Origin: the human T2T-CHM13v2.0 reference genome, Homo sapiens
Strand: one strand, 5' to 3'
NCBI RefSeq assembly: GCF_009914755.1
Contig: NC_060940.1
DNA: 64,000 bases
The translations under genes and the position numbers were made by a program. Positions 35,312 to 53,284 of this stretch are shown piece by piece (position 1 is the first letter of the stretch; each line of letters begins with the position of its first letter). The notes under the pieces were generated by a model that saw only the letters and a program-made list of their open reading frames with translations, made no database searches and was not told the origin of the DNA.

Positions 35312-35539
35312 CTGGGAAGCACGCACATCCCAGCGGAAGCAGGAATGGTGTGCAAGACAAAAGAGGATACATTCAACAGAGCTGTACAGAGATGAATGGC
35401 CTCTCACCCACTCATTCATTTACCCACCATCCGCCCAACAAATAGCTTTTGATATCTCCTGAAGACCAGGCACTGGGCTAGGTACTCAGGGGAGGGAGAA
35501 GTAGGATTTCTGTCCTCAAGTAGTTCAGGGTCTAGCATC

Positions 35540-35732
35540 CTGGTCTCAAACTTCAGCTTGCAACAGATTCCCCTGTGAGTCTTGTGAAGATACCATATTC
35601 CAGACCCCACCCTCAGCGATTCTGATTCAGTAGGTATGGAGTGCAGCTGGAGAATATGCATTTCTAACCAGTTCCTATGGGATGCTGATCCTGACATTGC
35701 TGGCCCAGGGACCCCACTTCAAGAACCACTGG
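35540..35732. mobile_element. MER5A DNA transposon (related partial copies at ~37650-37765 and ~4770-4950)
   Basis: tctcaaactt...ttctgattcagtagg...tgcatttctaac.agttcc...gatgctg...agaaccactg. Confidence 0.8.
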
Positions 35733-36484
35733 TCCAGCAGCATCTAGAGAGATGGCCCAAAATAGAAATCTACACCCAGAGAACCGGCAGAGGGGGCAAG
35801 ATTAGGAATCCTGCGTCTATCATGGTACCACATGCCCACAGAAGGGAGGAGCAGGGACAGCCCATTCCAGAAGCTTCAGGGTCATCCAGCACCTCTCCCT
35901 CCTGCCCAGTGAGATCTGTTAGATGCCCGCAGGGAAGCCTGGGAGAAAGAAACAGGTCCAGAACACCCACCTGTGCTTCTCCCAGTTACCTGCTAGGTCC
36001 CACTTCTTCTGGGCAGTTGGCCCTGGGCCCACAGAGCCACACTCACCCTGCCGTGCTTGTATCACAGCGAACTACATTTTCCAAACTCCCTTGGCCACTG
36101 GCTCCCAGGTAGGCTTGGCCAATGGCCGGCACTACTGAAAGACTGGAGGGTGGTGTATTCATTTCCAATCACTGTTGTAACAACTTACCACTAACTTAAT
36201 GACTTAAATCTACATAGATTTGGCTGGGAGTGGTGGCTCACACCTATAATCCCAGCACTTTGGGAGGTAGAGGTGGGCAGATTACCTGAGGTCAGGAGCT
36301 CAAGACCGGCCTGGCCAACATGGCAAAACCCTGTCTCTACTAAAAATACAAAAATTAGCTGGGCGTGATGGCACATGCCTGTAATCCCAGCTACTCAGGA
36401 GGCTGAGGCAGGAGAATAGCTTGAGCCTGAGAGGTGAAGATTGCAGTGAGCAGAGATCACGCTATTGCACCCAATCCTGGATTA

Positions 36485-36855
<371 letters not shown>

Positions 36856-36979
36856 TTAAATCTCACAATTCTGTATGGTGGTCAGAAGTCTGGGTGGGCT
36901 CAGCTGGCCTCTGCTCATATCACAGGGCTGACACCAAGGTGTCAGGCCTGTGTTTCTTTTTCCTTTTTTTTTTTTTTGA

Positions 36980-37084
<105 letters not shown>

Positions 37085-37199
37085 TGAGTAGCTGGGATTA
37101 CAGGCATGTGCCACCACAACCAGCTCATTTTGTATTTTTAGTAGAGATGGGGTTCCTCCATGTTGGTCAGCCTGGTCTTGAACTCCCAACCTCAGGTGA

Positions 37200-37478
<279 letters not shown>

Positions 37479-38647
37479 TGAACTCCTGATGTCAGATGAT
37501 CCACCCACCTCAGCCTCCCAAAGCGCTGGGATTACAGGTGTGAGCCACCGTACCCAGCCTCTTGCTTTTTTTAAGCATCTCTTCTCCCTTGCCACAGCAG
37601 TTCCCCCAATGGAAGCTCCAATTAACTGGCAGCTGTCAGCATTTAACTAGACTCAGACCCTACCCCCCAGGATTCTGATTCAGTAAGTATGGGGTGCAGC
37701 TGGAGAGTGTGCACGTCTAACAAGCTCCCAGGGGATGCTGAGCCCGATACTGCTGGCCCAGAGCCAGCTGGAACAGAGCATGCAGAAATTTCAACCCCAT
37801 TTGCAGAGTGCATACAAGGTGCTACACTCTTCCCCCAGGTTCTCCTGACCCTCACAGGAGCCCCATGAAACTTAGAAAGATTCTGCAACTTGCCTGGATC
37901 ACCCAGGCAGCAGGGGCTGAGCTGGGATTTGAACCCCAACCTGCCGCCCTTTTGCCATGTACCCTGCTGCCCACATCCCAGGGGGTTCTGCCCCATCCTT
38001 GGACTCGGTCTAAGCAGTTTGCTTAGACAAACTGGGGGTGGCAGCAGGGCTCACCTTCCAGCTCACAAATTAAACCACGCATAATATTCAACATCCCCTT
38101 GTAATGGATAAACTGCCTCAAGACGCAGAGGCCACGTCCCTGCTGAGGTTTTTTTCTAATACTGTTGTTACCCAGCGAGACCATCCTGGGCTCTCTCTCC
38201 ACCATCACGGTTCATACTGCAGTCCACACCTGAGCCTGCCACCTCATATCCTCACCACCTTGTCCCCCAGTCTTTCTCGTGGCTGGATCCTGCACTTCCC
38301 TCACAGCCAGGCTCCTGATGCCGCCCCCGTAAAGCTTTCCTGAGCCCCACCTCCACCCCGTGATCTGGGGGGGCCCCTCTGATCAAAAGGGAACACAAGC
38401 CACCACCACATCTCTGTTCTCAGATTAAATAGACTCAAAGAGAGGTCTAATTCCAGAACTTGAGGACAGAGTTTTTTCTATGACTCTTCGTAGCCACATA
38501 TAATCCACTTAAAAAAAAAAAACTAAATCTGATCTAATTCCAGGATTTAACACGCCTTGCAGACAAAATTTAAAATCCCTTCAGGTCCCCAGATGCCTTG
38601 AGGCTCAGAGTGTGGCCCAAAGACATTTGGGATCCTAAGTGGCATCA

Positions 38648-39227
<580 letters not shown>

Positions 39228-40391
39228 CTAACTGAATGAATGAGGGACCAGGGTGCTTAGATACAGACCCCGCGGAATCCTCTCTGCGCTCCTCCTCCGA
39301 CTCCCACAACAGGGCTCCCCTCTAACGTGCTCTCTGAGCTGTGGGTACCACATTTCAGGAACTTGCAGCTGAGCCTTTGAGGAAACAGCTCACTAAGCCC
39401 CAGCAGTGCCTTGGTGAGGAAGGTACATCCATTCTCCCGTCCGGGGCCCTTTCTCCTTGCAGGGGCCACAGCCTCAGGAACGCTGGAGTAAGAAGAGTCA
39501 GTGAAAACCAGCCAGCTGATTTTAGCGTTTCCTTTCCCCATGCCTGCTCCAAAAGGCAGGAGGACAGAGGAGCCATTCTCAGTTCCCCGAGGCAGGAAAA
39601 AGTTCTGGGAGTACTGGCGTCCCTCCCTGAATCTTCAAAGGGTCTTTGGGCAGAAGCAGAGGCTCAGAGGAGAGTGCCAAAAGGCACAACTGGGGAGGCT
39701 GGCCCCCAGGACCTGAGGCTTGCAGCCTGGCCACACGGGGCTGTGTCCTCACTTAGCCAAGAAGCAGCAGGCCACTTGCTTTCCTGGACCCTCCAGCGGG
39801 GACAGTGGTGACTGCAGCAGAAAGAAGAGGGTTCCCCGATGTCCTGGACCAGGGAAGTCTCTGAGGAGTTTTTACCTCCCAGCAGGGTGCAAGAAACCCC
39901 CATAATCCCGGAAATTGAATCCTAGTCACTGGGCAAGCGCAACTCAGAAGTAGATTTAATCTGATTTAGAAAAACAAAGCCCTAGAGTAACTCTCCCACG
40001 TGAACAAGATACCATCTATCAGGAGCTTGGCTTCAGCGTTATTCACAGTCACAGAGATTAAGAACCAACCTTTCTCAACAGGAGAAGAGACAAATGGCGG
40101 CACAGTTACACAACAGATGAAACAAATAAACCAGCACAACATGTATCAAGACGGATAATACATCTCAAAAACAAGATGTTGAGCAAAACACAGGAACCAA
40201 AATGAAAAGAAAAATGCATTCTATAGAACGACACACAATATGATACCATTTATATAAACATTAAAACCCTGCAAAGTGGCCAGGCACAGTGGCTCACACT
40301 TGTAATCCCAGGAAGGCCAAGGTGGGCGGATCACCTGAGGTCAGGAGTTCGAGACCAGCCTGGCAAACATGGTGAAACCCCGTCTCTACTA

Positions 40392-40577
<186 letters not shown>

Positions 40578-40646
40578 TTAAAAAAATAGATTTAAAAAAA
40601 AGCCCTGCAAAAGCAACAGTCTGTAGTGTTTAGGAATACGTGCCTA

Positions 40647-41167
<521 letters not shown>

Positions 41168-41722
41168 TAATTTTTGTATTTTTAGTAGAGATGGGGTTTC
41201 ACCATGTTGGCCAGGCTGGTCTGGAATTCCTGACCTCAGGTGATCCACCTGCCTTGGCCTCCCAAGTGCTGAGATTACAGGCATGAGCCACCACGCCCGA
41301 CTGTATTGATTTTTCTAACGAGGGAATCTTAAGCAAATGAGGCACGGTGTTCAGATCTGATGAAGGTGGGTAGTAGATCTGTGGGAGTTCATTACAGTAT
41401 TTTCTATTCTTGTCTATACGTTTGGAGTATTTCAAAAATTTAAAAATTAAGTTAAAAAAGTGATGTTTCCTGCATCCAGCAGGGGTCGAGGCACGCCATG
41501 CCCACCAGATCCATGGCTGGGTTTGATGTCGGGGAGGGTGGACCACAGCCCCCTGCTTCCTTGCTCCGTGCGATGGGCAGGGACTGGCCAGTTTTCCCCC
41601 ATGTTGGAGGCCCACGGTCAGAGATGAAGATTATCAGAGGCTTCCGGAACCCTTTGCTGAGCACAGAATACCAGCAACTGCCCTCTGCTGGCCGCCAGAG
41701 CTGCAGAGCCCTTGGGCCCTAC

Positions 41723-41908
41723 CTGCCACCTCCTCCTTGACGTTGGCCCAGCTGCATCCCTGCTCCAGATCTGAAGGACGCCCGGCATCCTGGGTGCAGA
41801 AATGGGGATTCTGGCGCCCGTAGACGGCATCCTGGACCTGGATGACCTGCCCCAAGCCACAGTGCACGGTGGCATTGAGTCCCTCGCAGGCCAGGCTCTG
41901 GCCAACCC
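41723..41908 (-). CDS. PKD1L2: PKD1L2 exon 3 (186 nt): first part of the SUEL (galactose/rhamnose-binding) lectin domain
   Basis: Acceptor tttgcctcag|GG. Encodes [16 protein letters not shown]...AVYGR...C...VKEEVA, including the SUEL motifs ACEG and YGR. Donor G|gtaggg. Confidence 0.96.
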
Positions 41909-42183
41909 CTGAGGCAAAGGGAAGGCAAGACATTAGGGGGGCTCACGGTTACAGACAGGTGAGTGCCGGTTCACGGGAAGAGGAGGGTCCCGGGGGTTGG
42001 GCTGAGATGCAAGAACCCGATAGGAGCCGCTTGGCAGGGGTGATAAATTGAATATGATTGTCGGCAGCATTGTGCTGAGCCAGGTTCCCTGGGATCAGAT
42101 CCAGCCCAGCCACACACTGCTGCTGTGTGACCTTCAGCAAGTTAGTTAGCTTCTCTGTGCCCCCACTCTCATACTAAACCTCA

Positions 42184-42441
<258 letters not shown>

Positions 42442-42487
42442 TCAGTGACAGAGCAAGACTCCATCTCAGAAAAAAAAAAAAAAAAAA

Positions 42488-42940
42488 GACAGACAGCGGG
42501 AAAGACAGAAAGAGAGATGAGACAGGTGGGCAGGCAGGAAGGTGGGCAGGTGGATGGGGACAGGGCAGGGATGAGTGACGGAGCATCACGTGGGCAGAGA
42601 GAGATGCATAGAGACAGGGAGAGAAAGCTGCGGACAGAGGTAAGGTCAGAAAAACACACACAGGTCAGCTCTTCAGCAGGGAGATGGGGACAGAAACCGG
42701 CAGGCCCTGAAGAGCGAGAGGGAGACAGAGAGACCACAGGGGCAGGAAGAGAGTCAGAGACCAAGGGAGAGAAAGAGAAAGAGTTAGAGAAAAACAGAAG
42801 GGGAAGAAAGACCCAGAGAAAACTGAGACAGGGGAGGCGGCAAGAGAAAGAGAGGGTCAGAGAGATGGAGGCAGGAACAGAAGGGAGAGGCGAGCCTGGA
42901 GAGAGGCCTGCAGGCAGGCAGGGAGACAGGGTGGGAGATG
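42488..42940. repeat. Purine-rich (GA) low-complexity tract at the start of intron 2
   Basis: About 450 nt strongly biased to G/A on the + strand. Confidence 0.8.
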
Positions 42941-42966
42941 GGAACTCAGGGGCACGGGCCACTCAC

Positions 42967-43128
42967 GGAACTCGCACATGAAGGCGAAGGTCTGGGCGCA
43001 GTCCGAGGTCACCCACTCAGAGGAAGGGCCTCTCCCGATGTGGTCGCAGGTGTCAGGGGCAGCGGCGGCCAGCCCTCCATGCCAGTTGCTGTAGGTCACA
43101 TTGGAGGTGTCCAACCAAGTCCCCGGCC
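42967..43128 (-). CDS. PKD1L2: PKD1L2 exon 2 (162 nt): second half of the C-type lectin domain
   Basis: Acceptor cccttccag|GG. Encodes [15 protein letters not shown]...[16 protein letters not shown]. Donor C|gtgagt. Confidence 0.96.
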
Positions 43129-44001
43129 CTGGAAGGGCAACACGACCACCAGGACTCAGTAACTGTCTTCAAACTCCATTTATACAAATGCAGGACTCAC
43201 GCCTGCTCTGCCGCTGCTGGGCAGCAGGTCAGCAATTAATGTTGATGGGATGGAGACCTCTCTCTCCAGGACCAATAAAGTTCTCTTCCTCACTGTCATC
43301 ATCAAACACTCAATGTAAGAACTGGAACACCAAATTGGAGAGCTTGCAAAAGGTGCTTTGATTAAATAAATGAGGCTGCCAGCTCTGTCTAACCATAATC
43401 AATAATTTATTTATTTTGAGATGGGGTCTTGCTCTGTCACCCAGGTTGGAGTGCAGTGGTGCCATTTCAGCTCGCTACAAGCTCCACCTCCCAGGCTCAA
43501 GTGATCCTCCCGGCTTAGCCTCCTGAGTAGCTGAGACCACAGGTGCAAGCCGCTATGCCTGGCTGATTTTTTTGTATTTCTGGCAGAGACAGGGATTTTG
43601 TCTTGTTGCCCAGGCTGGCTTCCAACTCCTGAGCTCAAACTCCACCCACCTCAGTCTCCCAAAGTTCTGGGATTGCAGGCATGAGCCACCACACCTGGCC
43701 CTGAGCACAGTCTAAGGAAGAGCCAGGGGCCAGGCCCAGTGGTTCATGCTTGTGATCCTAACATTGTGGAGGTGGGAGGATCACTTGCACCCAGGAGTTT
43801 AAGACCAGCCTGGGCAACCTAGAGAGACCTTGTCTCTACAAAAAAAAAAAAAAAAAAAATTTAGTCAGGCATGCTGCCTGTGGTCCCAGCTACTCGGGAG
43901 GCTGAGTTGGGAGGATTGCTTGAGCTGAGGTTGGGGCTACAGTGAGCCATGATCGTGCCCCTATATTCTGGCCTGGGAGACAGAGCAAGACCCTGTCTCA
44001 A

Positions 44002-44002
<1 letters not shown>

Positions 44003-44042
<40 letters not shown>
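44003..44042. repeat. (AAT)n microsatellite in an Alu tail
   Basis: Pure AAT run. Confidence 0.95.
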
Positions 44043-44043
<1 letters not shown>

Positions 44044-44204
44044 GTCCAGAAGTGGGCTAAGGGATGTTTTAACATATCATCTTCTTCATAAGCTGTGTCC
44101 CTTGCCAAGTACACCTGGGCAGTGCTGAGTTAAAACATGAGCAGTTATTGTTACTTTGGGCCTCTTCAGATCCTTGAAAATACTGATGTAACTCTTTAAA
44201 AGGA

Positions 44205-44217
44205 GTGTGTGTGTGTT

Positions 44218-44258
<41 letters not shown>
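44205..44258. repeat. Interrupted (GT)n microsatellite
   Basis: GT run with one ttat interruption. Confidence 0.95.
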
Positions 44259-44262
<4 letters not shown>

Positions 44263-44302
44263 CAGAACCATGTCGAGGACACCAGAGAGCTAGAAAACAC
44301 TA

Positions 44303-44582
<280 letters not shown>

Positions 44583-45407
44583 TCAAAAAACAAACATTTA
44601 TTATGGGTACTCAGAAACGTAATTATTAATTTATTGAAAGAGACTCATGCAAATGAAATGGTTTTAAAAAATCCAAAGGGTCTAAAATGAAAGTATCTTC
44701 CCTCTCCAAGCTATGGGCTTCTCCATCATTGTTATGTTTCTCATAAATGATTCCAGGATGAATTGAATTGTATCCACACATCAGCATCTATGAGTGCCTG
44801 AAATCTACTTACATAAATGTCATGTGATTGCACACAGTATCTGGCCCTTGCTTCTTAAATGACATTAAATATTGGAGGTTGTTGCCTATCAGCCTAGTTA
44901 GAACTACCTCATTTTCTGCAACAGCCACACAGTATCCCTGGAGAGGTGTTAATAGGCACACCTCCTCTAGCTGGATGTGAAAGGATGTTCAATACACAGA
45001 AATCGGCAATTGTTGCATCTACACCTCAAGAAACCATTCAGGAGACATTGCCTGCAGGGGCGTCTTAAGAATTCAAATCCCCTTGGCTGTGGGTTTTCTT
45101 AAATGAGCTTCCCGGTAGCTCATTTATTAAAACACTTCCATCCACGCTGGTGTTGTTCTGTGGCTGTTCGGCACAGGCCATGTCTCATTTCTCAAACCCA
45201 GTAGCTTCTACAGGGGCAAAGAGAACCTCTGGGTACCAAGGTGCCCAGTAGGAAAGTCAGGCTTAGCATTGCTCTGACTGGTAGAGACCCCACTGTGCAC
45301 CACCAGCTATGTCATGTTGAGCACGTCTTTTCTCTCTAGACTTCATTTTCCTCCTCCGTGAAAGGAGAGTAGCCACGCTTACCTCATGGGATCCGTGTGA
45401 GGCTTAA

Positions 45408-45659
<252 letters not shown>

Positions 45660-46236
45660 TGATCTCGAACTCCTGACCTTGAGTGATCCACCTGCCTCGG
45701 CCTCCCAAAGTGCTGGGATTACAAGCGTGACCCACCACGCCCAGCCTCCTTGTCCATTCTCAATTGTGTCTAGGCACTGGGAAAACAAAAATGGCCAGGG
45801 TATGGTTCTTTCCTTGAAGGGCTTGTAGTCTAGGAGGGAGACAGACAACTAAGCTGTTTAAGCCACAGCAAAAGTACTGCCTTGGAAGTGTGAACAGGGC
45901 CCTGCAGGCTCGTAGAGAACGACTCACCTGACTGCACTGGGTGGGGGAAGGAGCCTTCAGAGAATAAAGGAGGACTAAGACTTTCAGGACCATTAAAATT
46001 AGACTGTGAATGGAACTATGCTAAGCACTTGGTCTGCTTTAATGTCAGAGCAAGTGGGGAAAGACAAGTGGGACACTTTAAAAAATAGCTTAGTCATTAT
46101 TTTCTGAGACTCAGTTTTCTCATCTGTAAAATGGGGACATAAGGCCGGGCACAGTGGCTACCACCTGTAATCCCAGCACTTTGGGAGGCCAAGGCAGGCG
46201 GATCACAAGGTCAGGAGATCGAGACCATCTTGGCTA

Positions 46237-46560
<324 letters not shown>

Positions 46561-46822
46561 CTAGCAAGAATCAAAGCAGTCAGAGTATTACTATTAGGAA
46601 CAGGCAAAGAAGCGAACATTTCTAGAGGGTCAGAATTTGATGTGCCAGATTCTGTGCTAGGCATTAGACATGAATTATTTAATCCACAACACAACCAAAG
46701 GGAAGGGTATCCATACCATGAGAATTAGGTCGTATTAATTTGTTCCATGTTTCTTTGGGTGAGAAGTGATGGCAAGAATTGCAAACACAAGTTTCTCATA
46801 AAACAGCGATCACGGCACCTAC

Positions 46823-47123
46823 CCTCCGTGGTTCCATTCCGTGCCAAGTTCCACGTGAGTCCAATCCACCATTCCCTGTCCTGGGAGATGTGCTTCTGCA
46901 GAAACCGCTGGGTGCCTTCGTCCTGAATGAAGACCAAATGGCCTCCTTGCCCCTCGCACCAGCTCTGGGCATCACGGAAGGTGCGTCCGAGTGGCACAAA
47001 TTCATAGCAAGCATCTCTGAAGGCCACCTGGCTGTTAGAGCAAAAGCTGCCTTCCTCTGGCTTAGCAGTGGTGGCCCTAAGCCTCAGAGCAAGCACCAGG
47101 AGTACCAAGCCCACTGCACTCAT
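46823..47123 (-). CDS. PKD1L2: PKD1L2 exon 1 coding part (codons 1-101): signal peptide and first half of the C-type lectin domain
   Basis: ORF 46725..47123 begins [17 protein letters not shown] and contains C-type lectin motifs CYEF, AQSWC...GGHLVFI, WWIGL. Donor GAG G|gtaggt. Confidence 0.97.
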
Positions 47124-47520
47124 GCTTGAACCACTGCTGGGGCCTCTGGATGGAGCTCGCTCTTGGGACTTTCATATGCGGGTGCCCTCACATCCACCCA
47201 TCATCCATCTTCCCTTCTGTCTTTGCATCACATAATGGCAGCTACCTTTTGTTGAAGAAACAAAAGGCTCAGCTTGACAGTGTCTGCGTTTTTGCGTCAC
47301 CCAGCTCTTTGTTCCACGCCTGCTCCAAAGCCTATTAATTTGTCAGATGGTCTTCTCGGGAAAGATAAAGTTGCTATATCACCTGTCTGCTTATCTTTCA
47401 GTCAACTGTTAGCGGTGGATAAAAAGTCCTTGCTATTGGTTTTATGTCATTACCCTGAGGGCTGTATGTTTCGTGCAAAGCCATCAGCATGTGGGAAGTG
47501 TGTGATAAAAGAAAAATGGG
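47124..47520 (-). promoter_or_regulatory. Putative PKD1L2 5' UTR and proximal promoter (no CpG island)
   Basis: Repeat-free sequence directly upstream of the ATG. GATA motifs (AGATAA 47363, TTATCT 47391, TGATAA 47503) and a minus-strand CCAAT at ~47435. The transcription start cannot be fixed from sequence. Confidence 0.5.
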
Positions 47521-48227
47521 AGGAAGGTTGGAGAATGGCAGGAAGGCAGGAAGACGGTAAAGAAACCAAGTTGCTTTTATATCCAAGCCCATTGTGCCGA
47601 GCGGCAGCTGTGCCCAAATGATACCCATTCTCTCCCCAGCGTGGCTGAAATCCTAATAGATATTTGGTCCCCTCTCTGATTCACCACATTATTCATCACC
47701 CATACCTGCTGGAGAATAAAAATCCCCTAAAAAATTTATTGGATGTCATAAGCTCAGAACTGACCATCCTTATCCACTACTTACACCTTCCCGTGGGTTT
47801 CCATGGTCCATGGATCAAGTTCAAATTTCCTAGCTTTGTATACAAGGCTTTGTATGGTCTGGCCTCCGAGAGTATTTCCAAACACATCCTCCCAAATGTG
47901 GAGAAACAGGCTGTCTCTCTGCTTGCTGGTGGTAAATTGGTACAACCTCTATTGTGGGCAATGTGATAATATCCATAAAAATTTTAAAAGCACAAACTCT
48001 ATAATGTAGCAATTACACATCTAGGAATTACACCAACAGGTAAATTCATACATGTGTGAAATGCCATATGAATAAGATTATTCTTGGCAGAATTTGTTAA
48101 GAAGGAAAAATTGGAAACAACCTAAATGTCCATTGATAGGAAACGGGTTCACAAAACATGGTCTATCATATATAACCACTTTTAAAATGAACAAATTCTT
48201 CCTCTGCAAATTTGGAAGGATCCCTAA

Positions 48228-48505
<278 letters not shown>

Positions 48506-48780
48506 TAGGATTACAGATGTGAGCCAATGTACCTGGTGAGATTTTTGTTAATATTAAAAGCTAAGTATGAGATATTGTATATAATTCAGTCCCATTTGCA
48601 TAAAAACATATCTAAATATTTATTTGTATGTGTATAATATAGCTCATAAGAAACATACAAGAGGCCGGGCGCGTTGGTTCACGCCTGTGATCCCAGCACT
48701 TTGGGAGGCCGAGGTGGGTGGATCGCTTGAGCTCAGGAATTCAAAACCAGCTTGGCCAACATGGTGAAACCTGGTCTCTA

Positions 48781-49072
<292 letters not shown>

Positions 49073-49179
49073 TCAGGAGTTGGAGACCAGCTTGGCCAAC
49101 GTGGCAAAACCCCATCTCTACTAAAAATACAAAAAATTAACCAGGCGTGGTTGCATGTGCCTGTGATCCCAGCTACTCA

Positions 49180-49392
<213 letters not shown>

Positions 49393-49486
49393 TCAGAAAA
49401 GGTGTAAGGTATATAATTCCTCCAGCCAGAGACATTAGAGAATGCAGTTGTCTAATATTTGGCTTTAGGCCGTTAACTTGCTCTGA

Positions 49487-49958
<472 letters not shown>

Positions 49959-50688
49959 GTGTGAATTTCTTAGGGAAGGGACATCTCTTAATCTCTGTCT
50001 ACCCCATGTCTGGCTCATAATAAGACTCAAGGAATATTTGCCAGCCTGGCCCCATCTCCCAGTTCCCTGGAGATTACCCTGTTGCCTCTGTCATTTTCCT
50101 AGAAACCACTGCAATCCTTCTGGAGTGACCCTGCCAGACAGAGAATGGGAAAGGGCTAGAGCCCAGGATAGGATGCAGGATCGTTGCTGACTCAGGCTAG
50201 GACACAGGCTGAGCAGAACAGGCCTGTTATCTCTAGAGGTCAACCTTCTAATAACTTTCCTTCGAAAACTCTGTGGATAGTCACACGCAGTGATAATGGA
50301 AAGGGTAAAGGCTTAATTTATGTCCCTAATGGAACTTGCTTGGGGACATTTGATAACAAATGCAAATCTGCAGGCTAAATTCCATGTTCACATTCTTTAC
50401 ATTCTGATAAATTGCAGACTCCTGGGCACAGTGTTCTTCTTGTTGACATCAGCTCCCAATGTCCCTTAACCTCTGTGTGCATGAAGCTCCACTGAAAGTA
50501 GTCAGGACATGGCTGGACCCTGTGAGCATTATTTCCAGTGATCTGATCCAGCTGTCTGAGCCTCCAAGTGGGATCAGCAATATGAAAACAGAAAGACAGC
50601 AAGTTTGGTTTAAATAAGGCATTGAGGCCAGGCACAGAGGCTCACGCCTGTAATCCCAGCACTTTGGGAGGCTGAGACAGGTGGATCA

Positions 50689-50961
<273 letters not shown>

Positions 50962-52227
50962 TTATGCCCTGTTATTCCAGTTATTCCAGTCTGGGGAATA
51001 TTCCCATCTTACTTTGAGTCCCCCAGAAGCCAACTGAGACCAAGATTAAGAGCAAGGAGTCTATTTGCTTTTTGTTTTCGGGTTTTGTTTTTTTTTTTTT
51101 TGAGACAGTCTCACTCTGTCACCCAGGCTGGATTGCAGTGTCGCCGTCTCGGCTCATTACAGCCTCCGTCTCCCGGGTTCAAGCAGTTATCCTACCTCAT
51201 CCTCCTGAGTAGCTGGAATTAGAGGCACACGCCATCACATCCGGCTAATTTTTGTATTTTTAGTAGGGATGGAGTTTCACCATTTTAGCCAGGCTGGTCT
51301 TGAACTCCTGGCCTCAAATGATCCGCCCTCCTCGGTCTCCCAAAGTGCTGGGATTACAGGTGTGAGCCATTGCACCTGGCCTCAAGGAGTCTATTTGGGG
51401 GGGAATCTAGGAAGCCCTGGCCGGGGAAGAGGAGTATATTTCTCTATAGGAATTGGCGGCTTTATCAGTCATATTTAATCTTGGTTCTCCTTTAGATCGT
51501 AAAGAGGACATAGCAGAAGAATTCCCATGGTCCCATTACCCTAACACATTTTCATTTCTTCAGGGTTCCTTCATACACCTTGTTCCCTTGAAGACAGGTG
51601 TTTTCCCAGGCACTACTGTAGTGTCTGTGATTAGTTCATAAGCATTTCCTGCTTAGCATTAGACAGGAAGGCTTTTCCATGTTGCTAATGGGCTTTGAAA
51701 TTGACATGGTGGTGGCAGAGCCTCCTTTTACTAAATGGACATTGCTAAATCAGTCCCATATTGCTGGACAGGTCATGTGGATTTTAGTCATCTGTTTCTC
51801 ATTTGTTTAGCTTTGCTGTTCTAGTCAACACAACTTTGAACATCTTCTTGCATGCATGCTTTAGCCTGGGCTGAGTTATCTCTTGAGGATTGTAGCAGAC
51901 ACTATCAGTGCTCACCCTAACCCACACACCTGCCATGCAGACATCTGTGGCTCTGCCTCCCTCTGCATATGTGCGACAGGATGGAAGTGCCTGGAAGTTA
52001 GCACCTCTCAGGAGAAACTCTCAACCTTGACTGAGCAGAATTGGTGAATCAATACCCTGACTCCTGAAGATAACTCTGAGGCGTGTTCCCACCGGCTCCA
52101 GGAGATCCCCAGCCAGACTGAGTTTCAGTTGCTCATGATGGTGATAGGCTTGAGAATGTATTGTTAACATCTTTTCTCCTCCCTTATCTTAGGTCCTCAT
52201 TCCCCTGCTGTTATTTCCTAGGTTCAA

Positions 52228-53284
52228 ATCTTAGGCTTCTCCAGAGAAACAGAATCAATAGGAGATAGACAGATCAATAGACACAGATAGATAGATAGAT
52301 GCATAGATAAGTAGACACATAGACAGATGAATAGATAGATGGATATTATAATAATAAAAAAAGAAAATCAATAAATAAAGCAAAAAAAAAAAAAAAAAAA
52401 AAACAACCAGGGCCAGGCACGGTGTCTCACACGTGTAATCCCAGCACTTTGGGAGGCCGAGGCAGGTGGATCACCTGAGGTCAGGAGTTTGGAACCAGCC
52501 TGACCAAAATGGTGAAACCCCATATCTACAAAAATACAAAAATTAGCAGGGCATGGTGGTGTGTGCCTGTAATCCCATTACTCAGGAGGCTGAGGTAGAA
52601 GAATTGCTTGAACCTGGGAGGCGGAGGTTTTAGTGAGCCAAAGGTTTCAGTGAGCCAAGATTGCGTCATTAGACTCCAGCCTGGGCGACGAGAGCAAAAA
52701 CTGTCTAAAAAAAAAAAAAAAAAAAGGAACCAAATAGGCCAGACACAGTGGCTCATGCCTGATGCCTGTAATCCCAGCACTTTGGGAGGCCGAGTCAGGT
52801 GGATCACTTGAGACCAGGAGTTTAAGACCATCCTGGTCTACATAGCGAAATCCCTTCTCTACAAAAAATACAAAAATTAGTTGGGTGTGGTTGCACGCCC
52901 CTGTAATCCCAGCCACGTGGGAGAATGAGGCAGGAGAATCATTATGATCATGGAAGCTAAGAAGTCCATAATCTGCTGTCTGCAACCTGGAGAACCACGA
53001 AAGCCACTGGTCTAACCCTCTCCAAGTCTAAAGGCCCAGGAACCAGGAGCTCTGATGTCCAAAGGCAGGAGAAACGGATATCCCAGCTCATTTTTTGTTC
53101 TACTCAGGTCCTCCATGATGCCCATCCACACTGGGGAGGGTGGGTGTGCCTTACTCAGTACACTGATCCAAATGCCAGTCTTTTCTGGAAACAACCTCAC
53201 AGACACATTCAGACATACTGTTTTACCAGCTCTCTGGGGAATCCCTTAGCCCAGTCAAGTTGACACGTAAAATTAACCATCACA
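52228..53284. mobile_element. MLT2-family LTR with a GATA-type microsatellite and inserted Alus
   Basis: ttctccagagaaacagaatcaataggagatag... at the start and ccagtcaagttgacacgtaaaattaaccatcaca at the end. Confidence 0.8.
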
